This document shows positions 18,524 through 27,674 of a stretch of DNA of 64,000 nt, in pieces. This stretch comes from an uncultured virus (IMG/VR IMGVR_UViG_3300031760_000011) (Duplodnaviria > Heunggongvirae > Uroviricota > Caudoviricetes): IMG/VR virus record IMGVR_UViG_3300031760_000011, one strand, 5' to 3'. Positions within the stretch are counted from its first letter, which is position 1. Every line of letters begins with the position of its first letter. The position numbers and the translations under genes were made by a program. Below the pieces are notes generated by a model. That model ran no database searches and had not been told where the DNA came from. It saw only the letters and a list, made by a program, of their open reading frames with translations.

Positions 18524-18694
18524 ATCGTACGATAGCGTCAACGTTCGATTCTCGTGGCCGCTTTTGCTGTTTTCTGCAAAGTCTCCTCCTTTAGAGTGAC
18601 TAAAACGGATTCCGATGACGCTAGGATTTTGGTCACTAAATCCAATATAGGTTTATCTTGGTAATGCTTCCTGGCATATGCCAGGAAGCATTTT
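18523..18694 (+). ncRNA. Candidate structured small RNA with anti-SD tract and possible pseudoknot
   Basis: Promoter motif, no + strand ORF, stem 18595-18605/18627-18637, loop 18616-18623 complementary to 18533-18540, TCTCCTCCTTT, terminator with U-tract. Confidence 0.5.
18663..18692. terminator. Perfect palindromic bidirectional terminator
   Basis: AATGCTTCCTGGCATATGCCAGGAAGCATT. Confidence 0.85.
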
Positions 18695-18736
18695 ATCAAA
18701 ATAAACGTCTAGGCTGAGCTGCTGAAGACGCTCTCG

Positions 18737-19126
18737 CTATTCTTCCAACTGCGTCTTACGATTCTCCAGCAGCAATGTAATATTCGCCTCAAAAGTCGAT
18801 GCCATGACAAACCCTGATTTCTGAACGCTACCCTGCTTATCAGCAACGCCGGTACCGTATACAACTGTCGGCATTGACATGATTTGAAAATTGCCAAGCT
18901 TTTCAATCTGGTGGATTTCTGAACCTTCGTTGTCGAAATCTTCATCGGTCATAATGTAATGGAAAACGTCAACGTTTGCGAGTTTTTCGTTTCCATTCAT
19001 CCCGTCAATCATTGATGAGATGGCCGAGCACTGCGGACAACTTTCACGCCCAATGACAAGTACGAATGCTTTGTCACGATTGTCTTTGAAGAGAGGAACT
19101 AATTGTGTCTTAGAAAGTTCTTTCAT
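18737..19126 (-). CDS. Thioredoxin-fold protein
   Basis: CPQC motif after hydrophobic strand; cis-Pro-like SMPT. Confidence 0.8.
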   Translation of the reverse strand: MKELSKTQLVPLFKDNRDKAFVLVIGRESCPQCSAISSMIDGMNGNEKLANVDVFHYIMTDEDFDNEGSEIHQIEKLGNFQIMSMPTVVYGTGVADKQGSVQKSGFVMASTFEANITLLLENRKTQLEE

Positions 19127-19149
19127 TTGAAACTCCTTAATCTATAGAT

Positions 19150-19161
19150 TAGTCGACTGTT
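19150..19161 (-). promoter_or_regulatory. AACA-N6-TA late-type promoter
   Basis: AACAGTCGACTA. Confidence 0.7.
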
Positions 19162-19180
19162 AAAAAACTAATAAAAAATA

Positions 19181-19204
19181 ACACGCTCCCATGAGGGAGC
19201 GTGT
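19181..19204 (-). terminator. Intrinsic terminator
   Basis: ACACGCTCCC/GGGAGCGTGT with TTATTTTT on minus strand. Confidence 0.8.
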
Positions 19205-19210
19205 GTATTC

Positions 19211-19759
19211 TTAAGACTCATCGAGTATAGAACCGTCAGGAAGCCTGATGATTTGCTCCCTAGTACAGTGAAGAATATCCAACCACTCGGTACATTTGGT
19301 GTCGGACAAATTGGTATCAGATGTCAAAATACGAACCATGTTTGACATATGATTTGAACTTCTAAATCGTTTCTGAAGTTCGCTCCTGTCAAGTGCAAGA
19401 GCATTGATTGCTTTCTTAACTTTGACTTTGAGAAGATTGTCGCCCGGATTTATATCCAAAGTGAACGGCTCGTATTTTTTCTTCTCAATTTCAACTGGCG
19501 GTGACTTATCTGAAGCGATATTGGTCACCTGATTTCTTTGTGCATCATTGTAGATAGCCTTACGACGCTTGTCGTATATGAGATGATATTGACCGCCATC
19601 ATCTTCAGTACGAACTACGCACTCCATTTTGTATTTCTTGTAGGCATCTTTCATGCACTTTACAAGACCTACATACGGGAATCTGACGCCATGTATTTCG
19701 ACGACGTCGCCCTTTACCAATTCCGGCATTTGTGAATGCATATCTATGCGAAATAACAT
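19211..19759 (-). CDS. Hypothetical protein, possible C-terminal XRE-like HTH
   Basis: VKKAINALALDRSELQKRF...MSNMVRIL...NLSDTKCTEWLDIL helical pattern. Confidence 0.5.
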   Translation of the reverse strand: MLFRIDMHSQMPELVKGDVVEIHGVRFPYVGLVKCMKDAYKKYKMECVVRTEDDGGQYHLIYDKRRKAIYNDAQRNQVTNIASDKSPPVEIEKKKYEPFTLDINPGDNLLKVKVKKAINALALDRSELQKRFRSSNHMSNMVRILTSDTNLSDTKCTEWLDILHCTREQIIRLPDGSILDES

Positions 19760-19817
19760 AACCTACTCCTGTTACGAATCTTCTGGTTATATTTTGAATA
19801 CTCGAAATCTACGTGAA

Positions 19818-19844
19818 AAATCTCCCTGTTTGGCAGGGAGATTT
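19818..19844 (-). terminator. Intrinsic terminator
   Basis: AAATCTCCCTG/CAGGGAGATTT. Confidence 0.8.
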
Positions 19845-19847
19845 AAC

Positions 19848-20594
19848 TTACACATAGAAAAGGTCAATACGGTCGGGATTCTTAAATGAATCTTCATCCA
19901 TCTTCTCCAAGAGTTCCTGAAACTTATCATCAGCTCCAGAATACTCTTGAATCTTAGTACGAACCTGATGCCCAGCAACTGTCTCATCTTCCATATCTTT
20001 GTATAAGTCATAAACTCGCCGCTGACAAGCAAGAAGAGACAACTGTCTGAAGATAGATTCGTATCCATCGTTGATTGTCTGAAGATTATCAGAATGTCTT
20101 GCGAAAAGTTCAATTACAACTGGCTGACAAGAACCAACTGCGAACCTTTGCTTTGGATAAAACTGTACGAAGTTTGGTTTCACGTATTCACAAGTAATCT
20201 GCTGAGGCTGTACCATTGACATCATATTTGCGTTTACTTGATTTGAGAGGAGGACTCCTATAGAGAAGAATCCTCCGTATACTGAACGACCCAAATCTCT
20301 CGGATATCCACCAACGGCTATATCTGATGCTGAGAAACACATGCCGACATCACGGATAGCTTCAATACCGCAATCTACAGGCTGTATTTTACAAAGTCCT
20401 GGAAGATTTACCGGGTCTACAGCATCTTCATTAGGCCATATAGTAAAATATGTCTTATATGGGTAATAAATATCAAACTCAGGCAATACGTGGAGCACAA
20501 TCGTATCATGAATGTCATCAGGTGTTAAAAAGTTGAAACGAGGTTTACCAAGTCTCGATTCAATATATCTGATGACTTCTGTCATATTCAACAT
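19848..20594 (-). CDS. Neck/head-completion protein (T4 gp13-like)
   Basis: N-terminus YIESRLGKP..FLTPDDIHDTI resembles the gp13 RRLGAP..ELTPDQIYDCI motif; next to protease. Confidence 0.6.
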   Translation of the reverse strand: MLNMTEVIRYIESRLGKPRFNFLTPDDIHDTIVLHVLPEFDIYYPYKTYFTIWPNEDAVDPVNLPGLCKIQPVDCGIEAIRDVGMCFSASDIAVGGYPRDLGRSVYGGFFSIGVLLSNQVNANMMSMVQPQQITCEYVKPNFVQFYPKQRFAVGSCQPVVIELFARHSDNLQTINDGYESIFRQLSLLACQRRVYDLYKDMEDETVAGHQVRTKIQEYSGADDKFQELLEKMDEDSFKNPDRIDLFYV

Positions 20595-20609
20595 ACGCTC
20601 CTCCTTTGA

Positions 20610-21419
20610 TTACAGAAGATAATCTGCCAAATCTGCAAGAAGATTGTCCTCAAGAGTCATATTCGCAAGCCGTCCATCCTGAAGCTGAACTCCAACAGTG
20701 TCTCGTCCAGTTCTCTGTACAGGCTGAGTTTTGTCAAGCTGAATGCCAAGCTCTTCTGAGAAAATCTTATAGATTGCAGACTCCTCAGTGATATAATCAG
20801 TAAGTTCATTGATAGGAAGAGCACATTCCTGAGCAACGGTCATATTCATACCGCTATTTTTGTCAGACATCAAAGCTTCAGGATGTGAAGGCCAGAATAC
20901 CATATCGTATGTGATGATATTCATTGGTGCTTTGACGACCTTGTGAACCACAGGAGTATCTTTTTCATATGTGTACGGTGTAATACCACGCATTGAGAAA
21001 CCAAGCTGAGAGCCTTCGTCTTTTACCCAAGAGTCAACCTGCTTACCGCAAGGTTCGACAGTGTGAATCTCAGCTTTTACGAAGTCGCCGACAATCTGCG
21101 GAAGCGTACAGATACGGTGTGTAATAAGCGGTGGGTATACGTCGATTGCACGGAAGACGTTTTTTCTATCCCACGGATGAGAACCCTCTCCGAACCATGC
21201 GCGACGCTTAATTTCATCCAAGATTCTCGGAGCGTGAAGCGCAGCATTGAGAACGTCAGGAGGATATAAGTTCGAGTTACGGTTTATAGAATTAACCGTT
21301 TGTAGAATTGCTTCGAATGAAATATGTCCATTCGGTAATTCCTTAAAGTCAACGATTGTCTGCATTACTGCGGACTCCATCGTCACATTAAGGACATCGA
21401 GTTTAATCTTTTTGTCCAT
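20610..21419 (-). CDS. Prohead maturation protease (T4 gp21/phiKZ gp175-like)
   Basis: NRNSNLYP, FGEGSHP, LGFSMRG (catalytic Ser), IITYDMVFWPSHPEA. Confidence 0.9.
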   Translation of the reverse strand: MDKKIKLDVLNVTMESAVMQTIVDFKELPNGHISFEAILQTVNSINRNSNLYPPDVLNAALHAPRILDEIKRRAWFGEGSHPWDRKNVFRAIDVYPPLITHRICTLPQIVGDFVKAEIHTVEPCGKQVDSWVKDEGSQLGFSMRGITPYTYEKDTPVVHKVVKAPMNIITYDMVFWPSHPEALMSDKNSGMNMTVAQECALPINELTDYITEESAIYKIFSEELGIQLDKTQPVQRTGRDTVGVQLQDGRLANMTLEDNLLADLADYLL

Positions 21420-21456
21420 AATAGAACCCCTTACAAAAGTGCAAGTTTATATTGTT

Positions 21457-21468
21457 TACGCCAGTGTT
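21457..21468 (-). promoter_or_regulatory. AACA-N6-TA late-type promoter
   Basis: AACACTGGCGTA upstream of protease. Confidence 0.75.
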
Positions 21469-21478
21469 TTCAGGCAAA

Positions 21479-21490
21479 AACAACGGAGTA
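21479..21490 (+). promoter_or_regulatory. AACA-N6-TA late-type promoter
   Basis: AACAACGGAGTA upstream of capsid operon. Confidence 0.75.
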
Positions 21491-21512
21491 ATCTTTATAA
21501 GGGAGGAATATT

Positions 21513-24062
21513 ATGCCTCGGATAATTATCAAATCACAAGAGTTCGACGACTCGGTAATTATGCCTGAAACTTTGAACGACGTACGCAGTACGCTTCGTT
21601 CATATGATGGCACGAAGCTCGGAGCACTGTTCCTGTCGGCAATTACCAAAACGTATTTCGACTCTATTCATAAAGAGCATAATCGTTACGGCGTTGAAGA
21701 CTTGAACGCTATGCTTGATTTAATCAAGAAAGGAATAACAAAGCATCCGATGAACTATCAGATTGACAAGAGGTACATTAAGTACGTTATTGACAATGCT
21801 AATGGAGGGATTAATTACGTCGTTGATGGAAAGAATCTTTCTGAGATTCCATTTATCAGTGCAAATCTCACACGGTATGACTTAAATCAGATTTTCAAGT
21901 ACATTATCGTCTCTATGACTGAAGGTGCTCTGGAACTTCGTACACGCTGCGAATACGCAATCAAGGTCATCAAGAATCAGTATCATTTCATTGACGCTGC
22001 TACTGAGACTTCTCCGGATTCAGTTCAATATACGCAGAACGTTTACAATCTGTGCAAGGAACTCAAGACTTCACTCGATGAGATTCCTACGAATGCTCGT
22101 GAAGCTATCAAGACGACATTTGGAGTTGATACTCCGTATGCTTGGAAGTTTAATGCTTTTGCGAACGAGATTCTCTTTGGAGTTATCTCTATGCGTGGAG
22201 CGTTTAACCGCATTTGCTTAAATAACATCAACGCTCTGATGACATTGCTTCTGGTTCTCATGAAAATTAACTTTGGTTCTCAGTGCTTGGTTGGAGACGT
22301 TCCGTTTGAAGCTGCAGAGAATGCTTATCCAGCCACAATTTTTGCAACTGTGGAACTCTTCTGTGTTATACAGGAATACTTCAAGCTTGTACAACGTCTT
22401 GCAAGCACAACTGACGAAGGACATTTTGACCCGATTGCGGACAACTTAGCTATTCTCCGCAAGAAGTTTCAGATTTCATTTAATGAAGGATTCTACAATA
22501 CACTCGAAACTCGCATCGCTGAGATTTTCGACAAGCATCCATATATCGGAAGGCGTGATATTACTCATGCGTTCTTGGGAGAAAACTCTCTTCTTATGGA
22601 TGCTGGTGTGTGGAACTTCGATACAATCATAAGAAAAGAAAAATTGGTTGCTATGCATAAAGCAATCGCTGATATTCGTGGTTCAGACACCGACGGGTCT
22701 TACAACGACTTCGTTAAAAGCATTCCGAATGCTTTGATGCAGATGCGTACTCAGTTCGTTGATTGGTACTGCAAAAAACCGAGCGATGGTAAGCATTATA
22801 TTGATTTCATAAACGTTCTTGGACGTGAGTTTGACGAGATGTCAAAATCAATCAACGCGACAGAAATTTTCACTCCACTTTTCGATGCGTCTGAGTTTGG
22901 CAAGCTTACAACGTTTGCTTGTGACTGTAAGAATAATCACAAGTTTGCTGGTGAGCCTATGCGTGCAGTACGTCAAGTGCTTGACAAAGTGTACATCTTG
23001 TATCTCATGAATGCACGTATTAAAGACGAACGTACACTCAATTGGTCTGTCGATAACTTCAAGTTCTTCAATGCTCATATTTCTTACTTTGCAATGCATG
23101 TCTGCAACGCGTGGTTCCAGAAGTACATTGAAAACTATCCGTATGGTTTGGTGAATGCTCTGAACGCTATGGTTGTAGCAAAGTACAGATGCTCTCAGAC
23201 ACCAAACTTCAAAGCGAAGAAAGAGGGTGGCGTTGTTGCTCCGATGATGATCGGTTGTGAGTCGTTCGAAGAGTATCCTGACGGTCATGAATCGTATCGC
23301 TGTTTCATCACCAAGCTCAAGAAGATTATCGAAGAACGTTCCGAAGCAATTCATACGCTTGAACCAGATAAACACGTGAATGCTGTGGTTAAGTATCTCG
23401 GGGATGCGTTATCAAATAACGCTATGAATGCTGAGTACGCTATCCTTATTCTCATGACATATTTCGACAGTCAGAAGTACAAGGTGACCAAGCCGTTCTC
23501 AAAACTCATCCGCTACGTCATTTCTCTGGTTGGTGGACGCCACAATAAGGTCTTTACGAAGTTCCGTTATTCTGAAATCAATCGTGAGGACGACATCTTT
23601 GACATTCATAATACAACTACCGACGATGATGAGGACCGTATGAAGATTCTCGAAGACAATATCGAATTCATCGTTCTCATCAGTATTCTTCAGCGTGTAC
23701 GTTTCAATCTGAGATTTGCAAAGCGTTTCGAAAACATCGCTGATTCAACCTGCCCGGATATTCCTGAGATTGTCGATGGAAATCCTCATCCTGATGAAGA
23801 TTCATATTCATCAAGACGTATGGTTGGAGCTATCGGTGGAAGCAATACGTATCCCGGAGACCTTATCTATACAGAGAACTTTATTCCTGAAGAGATGGTT
23901 GATGATATCGAGAATGCGTGCGCGGCGTTTGACCAGATGATGACATACACCGGTGCAGATAATAACTGGTTTGCTCAGCACAAAGACCTTGTGATTACTG
24001 GCTCGAAAGAAGACCATATCAAGAAACCTAAACAGCCTGACACTGTTCAGACTGTAATGTAA
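21513..24062 (+). CDS. Large helical hypothetical protein (probable head component)
   Basis: 849-aa ORF, first gene of capsid operon. Confidence 0.8.
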   Translation: MPRIIIKSQEFDDSVIMPETLNDVRSTLRSYDGTKLGALFLSAITKTYFDSIHKEHNRYGVEDLNAMLDLIKKGITKHPMNYQIDKRYIKYVIDNANGGINYVVDGKNLSEIPFISANLTRYDLNQIFKYIIVSMTEGALELRTRCEYAIKVIKNQYHFIDAATETSPDSVQYTQNVYNLCKELKTSLDEIPTNAREAIKTTFGVDTPYAWKFNAFANEILFGVISMRGAFNRICLNNINALMTLLLVLMKINFGSQCLVGDVPFEAAENAYPATIFATVELFCVIQEYFKLVQRLASTTDEGHFDPIADNLAILRKKFQISFNEGFYNTLETRIAEIFDKHPYIGRRDITHAFLGENSLLMDAGVWNFDTIIRKEKLVAMHKAIADIRGSDTDGSYNDFVKSIPNALMQMRTQFVDWYCKKPSDGKHYIDFINVLGREFDEMSKSINATEIFTPLFDASEFGKLTTFACDCKNNHKFAGEPMRAVRQVLDKVYILYLMNARIKDERTLNWSVDNFKFFNAHISYFAMHVCNAWFQKYIENYPYGLVNALNAMVVAKYRCSQTPNFKAKKEGGVVAPMMIGCESFEEYPDGHESYRCFITKLKKIIEERSEAIHTLEPDKHVNAVVKYLGDALSNNAMNAEYAILILMTYFDSQKYKVTKPFSKLIRYVISLVGGRHNKVFTKFRYSEINREDDIFDIHNTTTDDDEDRMKILEDNIEFIVLISILQRVRFNLRFAKRFENIADSTCPDIPEIVDGNPHPDEDSYSSRRMVGAIGGSNTYPGDLIYTENFIPEEMVDDIENACAAFDQMMTYTGADNNWFAQHKDLVITGSKEDHIKKPKQPDTVQTVM

Positions 24063-24075
24063 CCTTGGAGGGTAT

Positions 24076-24894
24076 ATGAAACCTATTACTATTACAGATG
24101 ATGGATTCTCAGAAGCAGGGTTCACAGAGCTTCACTTCCAGCGTCTTGCTATGGAATGTGGAGGTTCAGCTGCGAACTCTACTATTTTCTCGAATCCGAC
24201 CTTCGAAGATGATGAGTTCACTATGTCTGAAGATAATGACTATGGCGACAACGCAGAAGGCGAAGAAAATAAAACTGACAACGATAGCGGAAATCCTGAC
24301 GAAAAGAAAAACGATTCTGCAGGTCAGCAGGTTGATAATCTCAAGAACGACGTAAATGCTACTAAAAATCACGCTATTGGCACTGTAAAGTCAGCTTTCC
24401 ATTCCGCAAAGGACGGTATGAAGATTCTCGCTAGTTCTGCAAAACAGGGTGCTATTATGGCGAAGTCTCTTGGACACAAGGCTGCGAACTTTGCAAACTC
24501 ATCATTCGCTGTTCTTGACAATGCGAAAACAAGCGTCGTTCAGCACAATACAAACCGTATCGTAAATCAGGCAATGCATAATCCGAATGGATTACTTGAC
24601 GATACGGTTACGTTTATCGGAAAAGCTGGCAAAGGTGCTGGAATGGCCGCTCTTTCAGTAGCTTGTCTTCCTGCAGGAATTGCGGCTTTTGCACTCAATG
24701 CTAAAGCTCAGAAAAAAGACAAAGAGAAAGCCGTCGAGAAACTTCGCAATGCTATAACCCGTATTGACAATGCATTGAACGAAGGTGGTAGTGACCTTTC
24801 TCCTGATGCTAAAGCTGACCTGATGATTACACGTCGTCAGTGCGAACAAGGACTTATGAAACTCAAGTATGGTCTCGACATGTACGGCAAATAG
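24076..24894 (+). CDS. Putative processed head/core protein
   Basis: AME, TFE motifs, acidic N-terminus, hydrophobic G/A-rich segment. Confidence 0.6.
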   Translation: MKPITITDDGFSEAGFTELHFQRLAMECGGSAANSTIFSNPTFEDDEFTMSEDNDYGDNAEGEENKTDNDSGNPDEKKNDSAGQQVDNLKNDVNATKNHAIGTVKSAFHSAKDGMKILASSAKQGAIMAKSLGHKAANFANSSFAVLDNAKTSVVQHNTNRIVNQAMHNPNGLLDDTVTFIGKAGKGAGMAALSVACLPAGIAAFALNAKAQKKDKEKAVEKLRNAITRIDNALNEGGSDLSPDAKADLMITRRQCEQGLMKLKYGLDMYGK

Positions 24895-24903
24895 GAGGTC
24901 GAT

Positions 24904-25500
24904 ATGTTCGATATTCTTGACAAAATCCTGACCTTTGAGGACGAGTCTAATCAACAAGCGGATAACGCTGACGGTTCCGATGCTGGAAAACTTGATTCTC
25001 AGTTGGAATCGTTGGCAAAAGAAACAGGCTCCGAAGATTCGAAAGATTCTGGCGGAGCAGAGGATACTGGTGGAAGCGGAGATGATTCATTGGATTCTGA
25101 TGGAGGAGATGACGGGTCGGACAATTCCGACGGACAACAGACCGACGACGATTCTTCAGAAGATGATGACGACTCAAAACCTAAAACCGGTGCGGCTCCG
25201 AGGAAGCTTACGCTTTATGCGGAGTTCAACAGAATACACAATGTCTTGAGAGAAGCTCTCGAATCTTGTGAGTCTAAGCTTGCGATAAACAACGCAACTA
25301 AAAATTGCATCGCCCAGTTGAAGCAGGTACTAATAGACACACGATTCATTCTGTCAAACTTCACTGAACGTAGTGAGGAAGATATCATGGTGCAGATGGA
25401 AATGATTAAACGTCGTTCTACGCTTGCCCTTGAACTTCTTAAGAGACAGGTAATGGAAACCAAGGAGAATAGGCAAAATGGCCGGATTTTCAGTAAATAA
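24904..25500 (+). CDS. Putative prohead scaffold/core protein
   Basis: LTFED motif, D/S/G-rich linker, helical C-terminus; immediately upstream of capsid. Confidence 0.5.
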   Translation: MFDILDKILTFEDESNQQADNADGSDAGKLDSQLESLAKETGSEDSKDSGGAEDTGGSGDDSLDSDGGDDGSDNSDGQQTDDDSSEDDDDSKPKTGAAPRKLTLYAEFNRIHNVLREALESCESKLAINNATKNCIAQLKQVLIDTRFILSNFTERSEEDIMVQMEMIKRRSTLALELLKRQVMETKENRQNGRIFSK

Positions 25501-27475
25501 CATCGCCACTCCGAACTATGAGATTCCGAAGCCTGTGAACCACCCTTTCAACGCTACTTTCGAAGCAGCTGTTGAGGATTTCGCAAGCAAAGGTTTCAAC
25601 ATCGCAGTTCCGGACGGCATGACAAGCGTGTTTGGAAACGGCACAGCTTTCGAGGATTACAAGGAAAATGTCATTCTCGACGGCGTGACCAACGAAGACG
25701 CACGCGAATCTATTTCATTGCTTTTGGACCGTGCAGCTGCAAAAATCGTCAACGACGGTGGGCAGGTGCAGATGGAAGACGGTAGTGTTGGTAACAGTAC
25801 AGTCTTTGCGTACCTCAATGGCCCGGTTATCCGCGCTGTGTGGGCACGCTGTATCATCCCGGCAGTTATGAAAGTCGTCGCCCTCAAGCAGCCTACGTAC
25901 ACATTGACATATGACTTGCAGTTCCTTGTGGACTCACAGGGCCAGCGTCACGACTTGCCGTACAGTCTCGTAGACGGCGACGGCACTGATGGCTACGTCA
26001 CTCCAATGCTTAGCCTCACTCCGCTCATCATGAAGAAGGGCGGTAACAAGTACATCGTTGAGAGGGACGGCGTTGTCCAGCTTATCAACGGCTCTGCAAA
26101 GGGTAACCTCATCGACGATTCTCTCGCAAACGCACGCAGTGCTTGGGACGGTCGTCATGTCGACGTAAACGCTAAAATCAAGAATGTCAAGTACATTGGC
26201 GAGAGCAGTGTTCCGAAGGATGGTGACGGTGCACAGGACCCTACAAAACACGTGCCTGGCGACCTCGTGACATTTGAGGGCGCTACAACGTTCGTGCAGA
26301 AACCTGGCGCAGCTGGTGAGATGATTGCTATCATCAATCTTCCAGATGCTTACGTGCATCATCACAACGAAAATAAAGTTGCTGCTTCTGAGAAAGATGC
26401 TGCTATTGCATACCTCAGAGCTCATGGACAGACTGTTGCTGACCCAACAGCGTTCGACATTCCTATCGCTGGTCTTGGTGAGGTTGCGGATGTTGACGAC
26501 AACTGGGCACTCGACGAAGGTGCAAGCATTGTGGTTATCCTCAACTGTAGCACTGGCGAGTGGAAAGCGATGTCTACATCTGTATCAATCGAGTCGTTCG
26601 AGTTCGAGGCTTACCTCAGCTCTGAAGATAACCGCGATGCAGCTCAGATGCTCACCGAGCAGGCGTCGTTGAACGTCAATATCGGTACTGGGCAGCACAT
26701 CATGATTGACACTCCCGTTGAGCTTTTGCAGGACTACGCTCCGTCTCATCAGGGTGCAGATTACACTGTCGCAATGACTGACATCGTGTCTGAGTTCTAC
26801 GCAGGTCACAAGAACTGCGAGTACCTCAACTTCATGCGCAACTCACTCCAGAATCCGGAGTCAAATGCGTACATCAGTCAGCAGGTTCTGCGCGGACTTA
26901 ACATCAAAGATGCGAAGTTCGATATCCGTGTCGCTCACGGCGAGAATCCGAAGTCATACGTCAACACGATGCTCAAGGACTGCGTGACCTATTGGGTAAA
27001 CGAAATCCGTGAAACTTCTCGTATTGAAGATGGCTTCTGGAGCATCGTTGGTAAAGCGAACAACGTTCGCTTGCTCAAAGACTTCATCACAGAGTCATAT
27101 GAGCAGCTCAACGCAGACAGCGACGCAGAGCGCAAAGACGTTCTCGGTTTCAAAGTTGGATACACATTCGGCTTCATGACCAACGGTTTGAACGCTCCTT
27201 GCAAAGCTTTGTACACGCCTGAGATGCGTCAGCGTAAGGATTTGGTTATTGCGTTTACGTCAACCGACCCGAAACGTCCGACATACATCTACCATCCGTA
27301 CAGCTTCGTGATTGCACGTAGCTACCAGAACAAGCGCACAGATGCGTTGGTTCCGTCGCTGATGGTAATGAAGCGCGACCTCTTCAAGGAGTTCGTGCCT
27401 TCTCAGATTAAACTGGAAATCGCTGGAAACGACGGTAACCAGTTTAGAAATGGTGGTGCTGTCCTTGGGGCATAA
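25478..27475 (+). CDS. Probable major capsid protein
   Basis: 665 aa; TFE/QME propeptide sites followed by PVIRAVWARCIIPAVMKVVALKQP; biased, high-expression-looking codons; two terminators downstream. Confidence 0.75.
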   Translation: MAGFSVNNIATPNYEIPKPVNHPFNATFEAAVEDFASKGFNIAVPDGMTSVFGNGTAFEDYKENVILDGVTNEDARESISLLLDRAAAKIVNDGGQVQMEDGSVGNSTVFAYLNGPVIRAVWARCIIPAVMKVVALKQPTYTLTYDLQFLVDSQGQRHDLPYSLVDGDGTDGYVTPMLSLTPLIMKKGGNKYIVERDGVVQLINGSAKGNLIDDSLANARSAWDGRHVDVNAKIKNVKYIGESSVPKDGDGAQDPTKHVPGDLVTFEGATTFVQKPGAAGEMIAIINLPDAYVHHHNENKVAASEKDAAIAYLRAHGQTVADPTAFDIPIAGLGEVADVDDNWALDEGASIVVILNCSTGEWKAMSTSVSIESFEFEAYLSSEDNRDAAQMLTEQASLNVNIGTGQHIMIDTPVELLQDYAPSHQGADYTVAMTDIVSEFYAGHKNCEYLNFMRNSLQNPESNAYISQQVLRGLNIKDAKFDIRVAHGENPKSYVNTMLKDCVTYWVNEIRETSRIEDGFWSIVGKANNVRLLKDFITESYEQLNADSDAERKDVLGFKVGYTFGFMTNGLNAPCKALYTPEMRQRKDLVIAFTSTDPKRPTYIYHPYSFVIARSYQNKRTDALVPSLMVMKRDLFKEFVPSQIKLEIAGNDGNQFRNGGAVLGA

Positions 27476-27514
27476 CCTCATAGCAGCTTAAAGGCTGCAA
27501 ATGTAGTAACTAAT

Positions 27515-27542
27515 AGTCGCTGGGGTTAATTCCCCAGCGACT
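27515..27542 (+). terminator. Terminator 1 after capsid gene
   Basis: AGTCGCTGGGG/CCCCAGCGACT. Confidence 0.8.
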
Positions 27543-27605
27543 TTCCTTTCATTTTATCTGACATTTTGACGCTTTGCCATAGCAAGGCTCCAGTATAGAT
27601 TAAGT

Positions 27606-27625
27606 CCTGACGGGTTGCCGTCAGG
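27606..27625 (+). terminator. Terminator 2 after capsid gene
   Basis: CCTGACGG/CCGTCAGG then CGTTTTT. Confidence 0.7.
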
Positions 27626-27636
27626 CGTTTTTCGCG

Positions 27637-27648
27637 AACACTGAGATA
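27637..27648 (+). promoter_or_regulatory. AACA-N6-TA late-type promoter
   Basis: AACACTGAGATA. Confidence 0.7.
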
Positions 27649-27674
27649 ACTTTAATGCAAATAGGAGTTAAACT

